From contig JAXHMY010000007.1 in assembly GCA_034520965.1 (NCBI GenBank), positions 96,001 to 160,000 on the forward strand: a stretch of DNA of 64,000 bases. Direction: 5' to 3'. The notes under the pieces are model-generated. The model worked only from the letters and a program-made list of their open reading frames with translations, had not been told where the DNA came from and ran no database searches. Below, piece after piece: positions 1 to 10,207 of this stretch. Both the position numbers and the translations under genes were made by a program. This DNA is from Spirochaetia bacterium (GTDB taxonomy: Bacteria; Spirochaetota; Spirochaetia; DSM-16054; Sediminispirochaetaceae). The first letter of the stretch is position 1, and the number at the start of each line of letters is the position of its first letter.

Positions 1-64
1 ATAAAGAAAAAAATGAAGCATCAATCTGTGGCTACTGTTGAGGAAGTTTAAGTTTGGATTAGCC

Positions 65-1366
65 TCAAAATTGTATACCGATAAAGAATTCGGACTGAAC
101 GGTACGTGTGAGAGTATTCAAACCCGCATGAAACCCGAATACTGGAGCTTCAACTCTGTGTGCATAGAATCTGAATCCTAAACCGGGGCCAAAAAAAAGT
201 TCATGGCTGTCTTCTACAGGGCTATAATAACCGGTTTCTATAAAACTGAAGGTGGTGAAGGTTCCAAAAGAAGGTTGAGCAAGGGGAACCTCGTATTCAA
301 CGCCTGCACTGGAATAGAGCCGATCCACGGTATTTTTCATAGGCAGAACCCGAAAGCCGGGCCCGTAGAGCTTGTTGTAATGAAGGGGATCGGTAAAGTT
401 AAAACCGGCTTTCGCAAACATCGACAAATTATGGCGGAAGATGTTACGGACTGTTTTTTCGGCCGACAAGCTTCCATATAGATTCCCAGTGCGGGGGCCA
501 ATAATAAAGCCGCGGGATAAGTTAAGTGAGATTATTGTTCCTTCCCGAAAATAGTATACGAAATAAGTGGTATCGTAGGTCAGTCTTGCTCCTACTCCCA
601 ACATTTCAGATGAATCGGCCAGTTCGTAATGTGGATCCCAGCTAGAATATAGGTCGAGCATTTCATATTCCAGGCTAAAACCGGGTTGAAAATTCCTGTT
701 CTGGTTGAATGCAAGCTGAGAGGAGAGGTCTCCTGAGTATCCGGAGAAAGTTCTCAGTTCTGTGCCGTCGGTGTAACTGTGGTGCTGTTCTTCGTACCCG
801 CCGGAGAAAAAAAGTGAAAATGTTCCGTTCCCGTCATACAGTTCCGGATTTATGTAACCCAGTTTTCCTGTTAGGCCACCATGCTGCCACACAGTGGTGG
901 CCAGCAATTCTGAGGTGCTGCCCTGAATTTCTGAATTGATGCGTGCACCGCCGGTGATAATTGCGCCGCTACTAAGTGAAAAGTATGGTTTAAGATCAAC
1001 ATAGGAACGCTCATTCACCTTGATTATGATTTTGTAGCCCTCAGGAATAAGCTGATAATAGAACCTAACGGACTCAAACATATTGGTGCGCAGCAACCTT
1101 CTGCGAGCTTGGTTCAGGTTTAAGGTGCCCAGGGGCTCCTCGCTGTGCACATCAATAACCGCTGTAAGGGTAGTGGCACTGATACGGTTTAAGCCTTCAA
1201 CCTCAATAGAAGTGATATTTGCATCGGGGTTTTTGCTGATAATGTCTTCGGAAAGAATCATCGGACCGGGAAGGTAGGTGATGGTTGTTACTGTGTCTGC
1301 TGCGAGCTGTGAGTCGAGCAGACAAAAAAACACAAACACTATCTTAAATAAACGCTTGGGAAGCAT
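65..1366 (-). CDS. BamA/TamA (Omp85)-family outer membrane protein with one POTRA domain
   Basis: Signal peptide; POTRA-like segment (ITSIEVEGLNR...LLRTNMFESV...IIIKVNER); beta-strand-rich C-terminus ending in Phe (FFIGIQF). Confidence 0.75.
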   Translation of the reverse strand: MLPKRLFKIVFVFFCLLDSQLAADTVTTITYLPGPMILSEDIISKNPDANITSIEVEGLNRISATTLTAVIDVHSEEPLGTLNLNQARRRLLRTNMFESVRFYYQLIPEGYKIIIKVNERSYVDLKPYFSLSSGAIITGGARINSEIQGSTSELLATTVWQHGGLTGKLGYINPELYDGNGTFSLFFSGGYEEQHHSYTDGTELRTFSGYSGDLSSQLAFNQNRNFQPGFSLEYEMLDLYSSWDPHYELADSSEMLGVGARLTYDTTYFVYYFREGTIISLNLSRGFIIGPRTGNLYGSLSAEKTVRNIFRHNLSMFAKAGFNFTDPLHYNKLYGPGFRVLPMKNTVDRLYSSAGVEYEVPLAQPSFGTFTTFSFIETGYYSPVEDSHELFFGPGLGFRFYAHRVEAPVFGFHAGLNTLTRTVQSEFFIGIQF

Positions 1367-1481
1367 AATGTCACTATAGGAAATATGAAGAATACTTCCA
1401 AGGTAAGTGAAGTTCAGTTAATATTAATTGTACAAATTCTCACCATCTTGTTATACTCTCATAAATCAAAAGGAGTGTACT

Positions 1482-2522
1482 ATGCGGAGAATTACAGCGT
1501 TCGTGGTGTGTGGACTGATTGCAGTGTGTGGGTTGGCTGCTCAAACGGAGATAGACTATTGGATTACAGGAGATTTGGCATATTATCCGCCCAACCTGGG
1601 AGGTTACGGGATAGAGAAATTTGCACCCATAGATTACAGCACGGTGACCCATGAGGAGCTGGAAAATTTGTCCAACTCGGATATAAAAGATGAGGGACGC
1701 GATTTGGGCGGTCAGGCTGTTGAGATGCGAGCGACCTTCGGCCAGGAGCTGGAGTTTCCACTTTTACGGGGAAATTCAATCCTGACTGCCGGAAACAATG
1801 TGAAAATCCGTTTAAAAGAAGAAATCTCGCCGGTAACTGCGAATTTGGTAGTTGAGTCGGTATTCACTCCGGTGGCCTTTCTCTTAATCGACAGCGCCCT
1901 TTCAATCGGAACGGGATGGGCAGTAGGCGATATCAGCGGCCTTTCCTATAATACCCCTGAAAAAACTTTTGAGCCGGCCCCGTTTAAAGGTGCCGTAACA
2001 ACGGCGGAAGTCGGCGCCACATTCCAGTTTGATTTTGGCCTGCTGGTTCCCGGAGACTGGACCCATATTGTTACGGTGTACCGTGCCGGGCTTCAGTACG
2101 AGGCTTTTACTGCAGCTAATGCGGACGAACCATGGATGTGGCAGGCCGATAACGGGGAGAACTTTAACGGCTGGAACTGGAAGCAGACCGGAGTGCTCGG
2201 ATACCAAATGCCGGCGCTGCGGCATATCGATACAACCGGATTACTGATAGAGACGGAACAGCGGATTACTAAGCGGGATGAGTCAACGATGGATGCCGGC
2301 GGCTGGGGCTCGGATTTTATGAAGGTTTATGTAAGCCCTTTTGTGGTTGTACAGATAAACCCTAGCCATGCTCTGACGCTGCAGCTGCAGTTTGCCCGTG
2401 GTCGGGACTACACCGAGGAAACCATCGGGAACGCCCATTTTTCCTACCGGAAGGTGGATACCGACAGCCCTGTGTACTGGTACTTTCGACGTGCAGCCCT
2501 CTCCTACCGGTATGAGTACTAG
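1482..2522 (+). CDS. Hypothetical exported/outer membrane protein
   Basis: AGGAG RBS at 1471 before ATG 1482; signal peptide MRRITAFVVCGLIAVCGLAA; aromatic-rich beta strands, ends YRYEY. Confidence 0.65.
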   Translation: MRRITAFVVCGLIAVCGLAAQTEIDYWITGDLAYYPPNLGGYGIEKFAPIDYSTVTHEELENLSNSDIKDEGRDLGGQAVEMRATFGQELEFPLLRGNSILTAGNNVKIRLKEEISPVTANLVVESVFTPVAFLLIDSALSIGTGWAVGDISGLSYNTPEKTFEPAPFKGAVTTAEVGATFQFDFGLLVPGDWTHIVTVYRAGLQYEAFTAANADEPWMWQADNGENFNGWNWKQTGVLGYQMPALRHIDTTGLLIETEQRITKRDESTMDAGGWGSDFMKVYVSPFVVVQINPSHALTLQLQFARGRDYTEETIGNAHFSYRKVDTDSPVYWYFRRAALSYRYEY

Positions 2523-2535
2523 TCCCTCAAACAGC

Positions 2536-3054
2536 TTATTTTAGGTATGCGATAATCTCCCGCATATATGCAGGCAGGTCAGGCGGACGGCGGCTGGAGA
2601 TGATGTGCCCGTCGCGAATGACATCGGTGTTTTTCCAGATTGCTCCGGCGTTCACCAGATCGTCCTTTATGGCCGGAGTACTGGTAACCTCGCGTCCCTT
2701 TAATATGTCCGCCGAAATCAGTACCCAGCCGGCATGACATATTTGGCCAATCAGTTTTTCCTCTTTATCAAAAGCGCGTATAAGTTCAATTACCTCGGGA
2801 TATCTGCGCAGTTTATCGGGGGCCCAGCCGCCGGGAACCAATATACCTTGGAAATCGTTAGAGTGAAGCTCATCGTAGGAAAACTCGGCGACGGCGGGAA
2901 CTCCATGTTTCCCGTGATATTCTTTGCCGGCTTCCTCACCGACTAAAACTACTTCGGCGCCTGCTTCCCTGAGGCGGAGAACCGGGTACCATAACTCTAG
3001 ATCTTCAAACTGGTCGTGAACCAGGGCAATAATTCGTTTGGATGTAAGTTCCAT
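2536..3054 (-). CDS. PfpI/DJ-1 family type 1 glutamine amidotransferase-like protein
   Basis: FEDLEL, VPGGWAPDKLR, ICHAGW (catalytic Cys), SSRRPPDL motifs; start at MELTSK after AAGGAG RBS. Confidence 0.9.
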   Translation of the reverse strand: MELTSKRIIALVHDQFEDLELWYPVLRLREAGAEVVLVGEEAGKEYHGKHGVPAVAEFSYDELHSNDFQGILVPGGWAPDKLRRYPEVIELIRAFDKEEKLIGQICHAGWVLISADILKGREVTSTPAIKDDLVNAGAIWKNTDVIRDGHIISSRRPPDLPAYMREIIAYLK

Positions 3055-3212
3055 TACTATCTCCTTAGATACTCTTTCTATCAACTTAGTAAATTAAAAG
3101 GGGAAAGGCAAATTGTAAATTTCTATTATAATTCTCTATCGATAATCCTTTGCGTTTCACACAGGCAGCATGTATAATGTGGTTCAACTAGGATGCCGAA
3201 AGGAGTAGCAGC

Positions 3213-3749
3213 GTGCATGATGATGTAAAAGAGGTTCTTTTCTCTGCTGAGGAGCTTGAGAAACGGGTAAAGGAGTTGGGAGAGCAGATAACCGCCGATT
3301 ATAAGGGTAAGGAGCTGTTGGTTATCGGAGTTCTCAAGGGGGCGAATGTTTTTCTGGCTGACCTTGTTCGGCGTATAGAGCTTCCTCTGGAAATAGATTT
3401 TATCGCCGCCGCCAGTTACGGAAGCTCTACTGAAAGTTCCGGAGTGGTGAGACTGATGAAGGATTTGGATTATCCCATCGAGAATCGGCATGTAGTGTTG
3501 GTCGAAGACTTAATAGACACTGGGCTTACTTTGCACTATTTAGCGGAAAACCTAAAAGCCCGTCTGCCGGCAAGCTTTCAAATTTGTACCCTGCTGGATA
3601 AACCGGAGCGACGGAAGGTGCCCATGGAGGTAGATTACAAGGGTTTTGATATACCCGATGAATTCATAGTTGGGTATGGAATAGACTTCAATCAGAAATA
3701 CCGGAACCTTTCTTATATCGCAACCTTAAAACCGGAGGTGTATGCCTAG
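3213..3749 (+). CDS. hpt: Hypoxanthine phosphoribosyltransferase
   Basis: GVLKGA, VVLVEDLIDTGLTL PRPP loop, FIVGYGID..QKYRNL. Confidence 0.95.
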   Translation: MHDDVKEVLFSAEELEKRVKELGEQITADYKGKELLVIGVLKGANVFLADLVRRIELPLEIDFIAAASYGSSTESSGVVRLMKDLDYPIENRHVVLVEDLIDTGLTLHYLAENLKARLPASFQICTLLDKPERRKVPMEVDYKGFDIPDEFIVGYGIDFNQKYRNLSYIATLKPEVYA

Positions 3750-3772
3750 AGCTCCGGCTTGATTATATTACA

Positions 3773-4135
3773 ATGGAGGAGAAATATATGTTTATTTCGC
3801 ATAGGAATGAGATTCCCGGAAAAAAACTCAGCGGAGAAACGCTGAAGAATGTAACTAAGCAGGTACTGATAGGTCCCGACCAGGGATGGGAAGATTATGT
3901 CATGCGTATGCTAACTATAGAAAAGGGAGGCTTCTCACCGCGACATAACCACGATTGGCCGCATATCCTGTACATAGTAGAGGGTGAGGGAACCCTTCAC
4001 ATGGATGGTGTTGATCACCCGGTAGAGGCTGGGTCTACGGCTTTTGTCTCCCCGGGAATCAGAGCATCAACTGATGTATAGGGGGGCGATAAGTTTGTGT
4101 TTATCTGCATAGTTCCGAAAGAGGGTGATAAGTAA
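3773..4135 (+). CDS. Cupin domain protein (compensating indels near 4060-4082)
   Basis: [16 protein letters not shown] cupin motif; EHQL lies in an alternate frame at 4062 and the tail [16 protein letters not shown] resumes in the original frame after the TAG at 4079-4081. Confidence 0.8.
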
Positions 4136-4170
4136 TACTTTCTATCCAGTACAGCTAAAAAAAGGAGCCG

Positions 4171-5790
4171 GTGTGTTTTCATATTTATACAACAGGTATT
4201 CCCATGAGAATGTGATTATTCAGGATAAGGCGATCTCCCTTTTGTTTTTAGATGCAATGTTGAGCATCGGTTTTATCGGACTGGGAGCAATTCGAATTGC
4301 CGACGGTTTCCTTCTATTAGGGAGCATGGAGATAGGAGTCAGTCTGGTATTGGCGCTGCTTTGTGTGTTGATTTTGAAGGGCCGCTTTAGAGTAGCGAGT
4401 ATGAGCACGGTGGTGTTGTTTGGAATTGCCGCTTCCGGTCTGTTTTTACTGCGCGACGTGGAGCTTTCAAAAGATATTTATATACACACCAGCTATATGG
4501 TACCCGCTTTTCTCACCTTGCCGCTGCTGGCCTATAACAATCGCCAGGTGTTAGGGGCTGTCCTGTTTGGGCTTCTCTCGCACGTACTGCACAACTTTTT
4601 GCGGGTCGCCCCGGCAGTGCGGTTGGCAGGTAATGTATACGGTAACTCGGAATTTTTGGTCTCTTTTATTCTGATGTTTTTCAGCGGGATTTTTATTTTT
4701 CAGATCTTTAATATGCAGCATAAGAACTTACACACCATTGAGAGTACCGCCGAGAAAGCGCGGCTGCAGTACAATCAACTGAAAAGCCTTCTGAACCAAA
4801 CCTCGGGCAGTTTCAATGTGGGTGAACAACTGCAGGTTCATGCACGTATTAACGCAGATGTGGCCCAGACGATTGCCGGGAGTTTAAAAGAGATGCAGAG
4901 TGAAATGCAGGGGCTCGATGATGATGCCTCGGAGACACGGAAGGTTCATACCCATATTATGGAATCAAAGCTGGTTGTACAACAGAGTATGGGGCGGCAG
5001 ACCGAGGCAATTCAGAACGCCACTACTGCTACCGAGCAAATCGGGGCTCAGGTTGAAACCACCGTGAGCTCTACACAGCAAAAGAAAACGGCGGTAGAGG
5101 AGCTGGTGAAGGTTGCAAAGGAAGCAGCCGAGAAGATGCGCACTACCGTCGAGGCCTTTCATTCGATTTCCAGTTCTTCGGAGCGGATTATCGAAGTGAT
5201 AAAGGTTATTGAGGATGTTGCGGACAGGACCAACCTGTTAGCGATGAATGCGGCCATAGAAGCTGCCCACGCCGGACATTCGGGGCGTGGTTTCGCGGTG
5301 GTGGCCGGTGAAATTCCGCAGTTTAGCCGAGGAGACCAACGAGAATTCACGCACGATTCGGGCGACTCTTGAGGAGAACCGGTCCTTAATCGGGAATGCG
5401 GTGCAGGCAGGGGACTCTCTGCAGGGGGTCTTCTCTGAGATAAGAACAAAGATAAGCGATGTACACCAGGGGCTGATGGAGATAATTGCAGGGATGGATG
5501 AGTTTCGTTCCGGGCATATGGAGATGCAGCAGTCGATTGAAAACCTTAATCAAGTAAATGAGACTGTACACGAGTCACTTGGGGTAATGGAAAAGAACCT
5601 TGATTCAGGTACCGAATCGGTTGAGCATATTGCCGCTACTATCGCCGAATTGCGACAGCAACTGGATGAGATTACCATCCATACCGATTCAATACTTTCC
5701 GAGTCGAACAAGCTCACGGAAATTGGCCAGGAGAATGCAGACAGCTACGCCAATCTGCAGTCCGAAATTATGGCGGCAAGCAAGGTTTAG
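4171..5790 (+). CDS. Methyl-accepting chemotaxis protein (one frameshift near 5315)
   Basis: N-terminal TM helices; [36 protein letters not shown] continues as [11 protein letters not shown] in another frame; start position approximate. Confidence 0.9.
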
Positions 5791-5806
5791 AGCTTGTTTT
5801 GAGTGC

Positions 5807-6556
5807 TTAATCGGGGCTGTTTTGCTTTTTCCAATCCTCAAAGCTCTGCTGCTCTTCTGCTCGCCAGGCAGCGTAGTCACCCATTACATAGCCGTCCCAG
5901 TTGTCCCAGGGTGACTCTGATGATTCAGTAGAAGGGCTTTCTTGGCCCTGGAATACTCCGTTTTGAAACTCGCCTTGATACACATCTCCATCGTTCATCT
6001 TTAATCTGCCCTGGCCGTGGGGCTCGCCGTTTTTGAGCTCTCCCGAATAGGTCCCATGTGCAAATTGTACTGTGTCTACAGTTTCTGAAGTTGTTGCAGT
6101 TGAGGGGAGGGTAGATAAGATACGAGCAGCGCTATGATAGTGTTTTTTCCAGTATCGGGCAGTGAGAGACGTAATATTTACTCCGCGTTCCGGTCCGTCT
6201 GATATGGCGTGGATAATTGAATTAGCCCCGATATAGAGCGCCACATGGGAGATTACGCCTGCTGCCGGGCTGGTTGCAAAGAAAACTAAGTCGCCGGGGA
6301 CCAGTTCATCTTTGCTGATTTGTCGGCCGGAGCGGGCTATATCCCGTGAAACTCGGGGCAAGTTACTTACATGGGGTTCAAACAGAAAGTATATAAAACC
6401 TGAACAATCGAAACAGGGAGGAGAGGAGCTGCCGTTACAGTAGCTGCTGCCAAGATACTGCTGAGCCGGCTGAATGATATCATTTTGTACATCGACAGCC
6501 GGCAGCAGTTGACCGGCCCAGATTAATAGTATAATTAAACTGAGCTTGTATTTCAT
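5807..6556 (-). CDS. NlpC/P60 (C40) peptidoglycan peptidase with MORN repeat
   Basis: FDCSGF, PGDLVFF, SHVALYIG..IIHA; YSGELKNGEPHGQG MORN motif. Confidence 0.9.
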   Translation of the reverse strand: MKYKLSLIILLIWAGQLLPAVDVQNDIIQPAQQYLGSSYCNGSSSPPCFDCSGFIYFLFEPHVSNLPRVSRDIARSGRQISKDELVPGDLVFFATSPAAGVISHVALYIGANSIIHAISDGPERGVNITSLTARYWKKHYHSAARILSTLPSTATTSETVDTVQFAHGTYSGELKNGEPHGQGRLKMNDGDVYQGEFQNGVFQGQESPSTESSESPWDNWDGYVMGDYAAWRAEEQQSFEDWKKQNSPD

Positions 6557-7279
6557 TTACGGTGCTTCGGCCTTAATTTTACCGTCGACCCACACCCCAA
6601 GGCGGTTTTCACCCTCTTTTTCAGGGATTTCCATAATCATACCCGGAAGAATTAGATCGGGATTGTCGGGCTCAGGGAGTTTATTCTTATTTGCCTGGTA
6701 TATTGGCCACCAGCCGGCTGGGTCATCATATATAAAGTCGTAGCTGGATATTCTCCAAAAACAGTCTTCTTCACCGGGCATATCACGAACTACATAGGCA
6801 GCCGGCAGTAAATTTTCCGCTTTCGGCGGTTCAATACTATCGAGTATCTCCACCGCTTTGTTACTGGCTTCTTGACTCTCCTTAAACGCTTCCTCGGTAT
6901 CTTCTTGAAAAAGTTCATCCGCCTTTGCTATAAGGTCTTCAGCAGTAGAAAACTTTGCAGGTTCGCTAATATGTCCATCTGCCCTTTTTACCTGACCTCT
7001 TCGGTTGCGGGCTTTCCAGAGAGCACTGTTTGCGCGGTATTTTGCCAACATAAACTGGATGTATTCCTCGGATTTTTGGGAATATTCCTTTGATTTTTCA
7101 GCATATTCAATGGCTTTGTCGTATTCACCTTCCTCTATCGCTTCCTGTGAGAGTCGTTTATAGCGCAGCGATTCCCGGTAATCCTCGTTATTTTTCAGGC
7201 TTTGAGCACCTGCTGTAACCAGCGGAAGCAGTAGCATGAATAGAGCGAGTAGTAGTAATAGTGTCCATTTTTTATTCAT
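6557..7279 (-). CDS. Secreted LysM-domain protein
   Basis: C-terminal YVV...DCFWRIS...IYDDP..WWPIYQANK..LPEPDNPDLILPGMIMEIP. Confidence 0.85.
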   Translation of the reverse strand: MNKKWTLLLLLALFMLLLPLVTAGAQSLKNNEDYRESLRYKRLSQEAIEEGEYDKAIEYAEKSKEYSQKSEEYIQFMLAKYRANSALWKARNRRGQVKRADGHISEPAKFSTAEDLIAKADELFQEDTEEAFKESQEASNKAVEILDSIEPPKAENLLPAAYVVRDMPGEEDCFWRISSYDFIYDDPAGWWPIYQANKNKLPEPDNPDLILPGMIMEIPEKEGENRLGVWVDGKIKAEAP

Positions 7280-7754
7280 TTTCTTCCCCCCCTGCTGCGG
7301 CTTCTTCTTCAGCTTCTTGGGCGTTCTTTTCTACGTTCGAAATGGCCTCTTCGGCTTCCTTGAGGGCTTGCTGTGCCTGTTCTCGTAGTTTTTTAGCTTT
7401 TTTGGCCGCTTCCTCAAAAGTGACCTTTGCCTGCTGGTAGTTCTCGGTGGCGGAAAGGTAATCCTCGTCAGTTTCATCTGCCTGCCCTTGGAGAATAAAT
7501 TCTTCGCCCTTTTCGTATAAATCGGGAACAGCCTTTGCGGCCTTGAAGGAATCGGCTTTTGCTCGGGCATCCTTCGCCTCTTTTAGTGCTGTTTCGGCGG
7601 TTTGCTGATATTCGCTTACGGGTTTTTCCGGTTCTTCTTCGGCGGGCATCTCCTGTGCAGGTTCTTCGACTGCTTCAGGCTCCTCCTCCGGTGCTGATGC
7701 ACAAGCGGCCATCAGCAGCAAAACGATTGGAATAAGAAAAAGTAGTTTTTTCAT
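7272..7754 (-). CDS. Helical lipoprotein
   Basis: Lipobox LMAAC; Ala/Glu/Lys-rich helices; overlaps the LysM gene start. Confidence 0.75.
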   Translation of the reverse strand: MKKLLFLIPIVLLLMAACASAPEEEPEAVEEPAQEMPAEEEPEKPVSEYQQTAETALKEAKDARAKADSFKAAKAVPDLYEKGEEFILQGQADETDEDYLSATENYQQAKVTFEEAAKKAKKLREQAQQALKEAEEAISNVEKNAQEAEEEAAAGGEENE

Positions 7755-7924
7755 ATGTACATCCTTGCTTAAAGATCTTACTTATTACAATGGTAATAGG
7801 TTTACCGAATTACTGCAAGTTTTTCTTTTTTAAGCACCTGACACGGTTTCTATGTTTTACTTTTGTTGACCGATTGGAGGGAATGACTTACTATTTCAAT
7901 CCAACAGAGGAATAGGGTACAAAA

Positions 7925-9709
7925 TTGAAACGCTTCATCGTTAGTATTCTCATCGTGATAATATTTCTCAATTCTCTTGCGCTCGCCTCGTTTTTTATTG
8001 TGCATTCGCACAATAGTTTTGCCGTAATGCGGAACCGCAATATAGATGATATTCAGCGGCAAGTGATGGACCGACTGGAAAGTTTCAATGTGTTTGTTCA
8101 ACCCTTTGAGCAGCAAATACGGGAGTACAATGAAACAGCAATTATGGAAATATACCAGGAGCTGATAGAACGAACGAAGGATGACCCGTTGTCTGTTGAA
8201 CAGGGTGTACTGGAGAAGCTCGTTGCTCAGTACAATGGACTCGATGTGTATCTTATAGATAGTAAAGGGGTTGTACAGAAAAGTACACTAGAAAGTGATA
8301 TTGGACTCAATCTGTTAAGATTGAACGAGGGTTTTTCTAACTATATTCGTTCTATTTATGGCTCCGGCAGCGTTTCTACCCAGAGATTGAGTATTTCTAC
8401 CATGCAGGGAACCAAAATGATTTACACCTACTTCAGTCCGGAAGGGAGTAACTGGCTGCTGGAAACTTCGGTGTCCTTTGAGGAATACATGCGGGGCCGC
8501 TATCAAGATGGACTGTACACCCAGCTGTTCCACACTTTCTTTACTGAGATCCAGACTTCAAACAGTGAACTTACCGAATTCGATGTAATCTACCAGACTG
8601 ATATCAGTTCTCGTTCTCTGTTGAGCGGTCAGGAGATACCCCTGGACCAGAAAGTTTTAAAGGTCTTAGAGAGAGAATCTTTCTTTCGAAATCAGGAAGG
8701 ACGTTCCCTGGTCATCTACCGGAAACTACAGATGACCCGCTCGGGTTTTGATTTTGTGCAGTACCCTATCATCTATTTGGAATATGATCTGTCCTACTAT
8801 TATGAGTTCCTATCTAAGTTTTATTTTATAGCAGGAGCAAGCATGCTGCTGCTGATTGTCCTTTTTTCGGGGGTGGCATATAAGCTTGTGGAGAAAAAGC
8901 TGGTTCAGCGGGTGGAGGAGCTGGATGAGGTGCTGCAGAGGGCGGCCAATGAGGACTACAGCGTGAGAGCGCGTTATACCTCAAGAATTCCTGAATTAAT
9001 GACCCTCTCAAGTTCGGCAAATCGTCTTATACAACAAGTACACAGCCGAGAACAAGAGCTGCGTACTGCCCTGGAAGAGCGGGAGATGCTGCTGGATGAG
9101 ATTCACCACCGGGTAAAAAACAACCTTAATGTGGTGATTAGTCTGCTTAATCTGCAGCATGAGCAGGTTACTAGTGTAGAAGAGGTAAAACAGGCCTTGC
9201 TGAAAACCCGTAATCGTATTTATTCGATGGCCCTCACCCACGAAAAACTCTACCAATCGGAAAATTTTTCTGATGTGAATATGAAAATGTATGTAGAGTC
9301 ATTTTTATCAACTTTTACCACCTCGGTTGGGGAGCAGCTTCCCTTTCAAATCGAATCGTTTGTGGAAGAGGTGAATTTGTCCATTACCCATGCAGTTCCG
9401 TGTGGAATAATTCTGAACGAACTGTTGATGAATGCAGTCGAGCATGCCTTTCCTGCTGTACAGGACGGTCTTATAAAGGTGAGCTTTACAAAACGCTCCG
9501 ACAACCGGTTTAGCATGATAGTTGAAGATAATGGAGTCGGGATGCCGGCAGATTTTTCTTTGCAGGAGGCTGACTCACTTGGGCTCGTGCTTGTGGATGC
9601 TCTCATAAAGCAGCTGCGAGGTGAGCTCAAGATTAGTAAAAGTACCGGTGTCCCTTCCGGCACTCGCTTTGAGATACTCTTTGAGGCAGCCGAAACCGGC
9701 TATTCCTAG
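7925..9709 (+). CDS. Membrane sensor histidine kinase (HAMP + HisKA_2 + HATPase)
   Basis: Two TM segments; EIHHRVKNNL H-box; NELLMNAVEHAF, EDNGVG, SLGL. Confidence 0.92.
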   Translation: MKRFIVSILIVIIFLNSLALASFFIVHSHNSFAVMRNRNIDDIQRQVMDRLESFNVFVQPFEQQIREYNETAIMEIYQELIERTKDDPLSVEQGVLEKLVAQYNGLDVYLIDSKGVVQKSTLESDIGLNLLRLNEGFSNYIRSIYGSGSVSTQRLSISTMQGTKMIYTYFSPEGSNWLLETSVSFEEYMRGRYQDGLYTQLFHTFFTEIQTSNSELTEFDVIYQTDISSRSLLSGQEIPLDQKVLKVLERESFFRNQEGRSLVIYRKLQMTRSGFDFVQYPIIYLEYDLSYYYEFLSKFYFIAGASMLLLIVLFSGVAYKLVEKKLVQRVEELDEVLQRAANEDYSVRARYTSRIPELMTLSSSANRLIQQVHSREQELRTALEEREMLLDEIHHRVKNNLNVVISLLNLQHEQVTSVEEVKQALLKTRNRIYSMALTHEKLYQSENFSDVNMKMYVESFLSTFTTSVGEQLPFQIESFVEEVNLSITHAVPCGIILNELLMNAVEHAFPAVQDGLIKVSFTKRSDNRFSMIVEDNGVGMPADFSLQEADSLGLVLVDALIKQLRGELKISKSTGVPSGTRFEILFEAAETGYS

Positions 9710-9727
9710 CCGGTTACTAGGGGCCGG

Positions 9728-10207
9728 CTATTTTGCTCCCTGTTCCAATGCAATTTTACCGGTTCGGATAGACTCAAGAATGGTGTACTGGCTCAACATG
9801 TTGATTGCGCTGTCGACCGCTTTTGAGTCTCCAGTTATTTCCAGTACCCAGATAGAACCGGAGGAGTTGAGGATACGAGCCTGCAATACAGTGATAAGCT
9901 GCAGCAGATTAGCCCGGTCCTGCTCGTGGACTTCCACTTTTACCAGGGCATGTTCGCGTTCAAGAATACGCTCATGATCTAAATCCCACACCTTGATCAC
10001 ATGTACCAGTTTCTGGAGCTGTTTGCGTACCTGCTCCAGCACTCCATCGTCCCCCTCCACCACAATGGTGAACCGACTTTTGCCCGGCCGTTCTGTGTGG
10101 CCGACGGTGAGGCTTTCGATGTTGAATCCGCGTCTGGAAAACAGGCCGGAGATTCGAGTCATTACTCCGGGTATATCGTCACAGAGAATAGAAATTGTGT
10201 GTGTCAT
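9728..10207 (-). CDS. ilvN: Acetolactate synthase small (regulatory) subunit
   Basis: PGVMTRISGLFSRRGFNIESLTVG ACT domain; directly downstream of ilvB. Confidence 0.95.
   Translation of the reverse strand: MTHTISILCDDIPGVMTRISGLFSRRGFNIESLTVGHTERPGKSRFTIVVEGDDGVLEQVRKQLQKLVHVIKVWDLDHERILEREHALVKVEVHEQDRANLLQLITVLQARILNSSGSIWVLEITGDSKAVDSAINMLSQYTILESIRTGKIALEQGAK

Noticed and set aside
4079..4135. In-frame TAG in the cupin gene suggesting pyrrolysine or stop readthrough
   Set aside because: The conserved EHQ motif lies in another frame just upstream, so two compensating indels explain it better.
5300..5330. Programmed frameshift in the MCP gene
   Set aside because: No slippery heptamer; the break falls in the conserved signalling hairpin; similar indels occur throughout the window.
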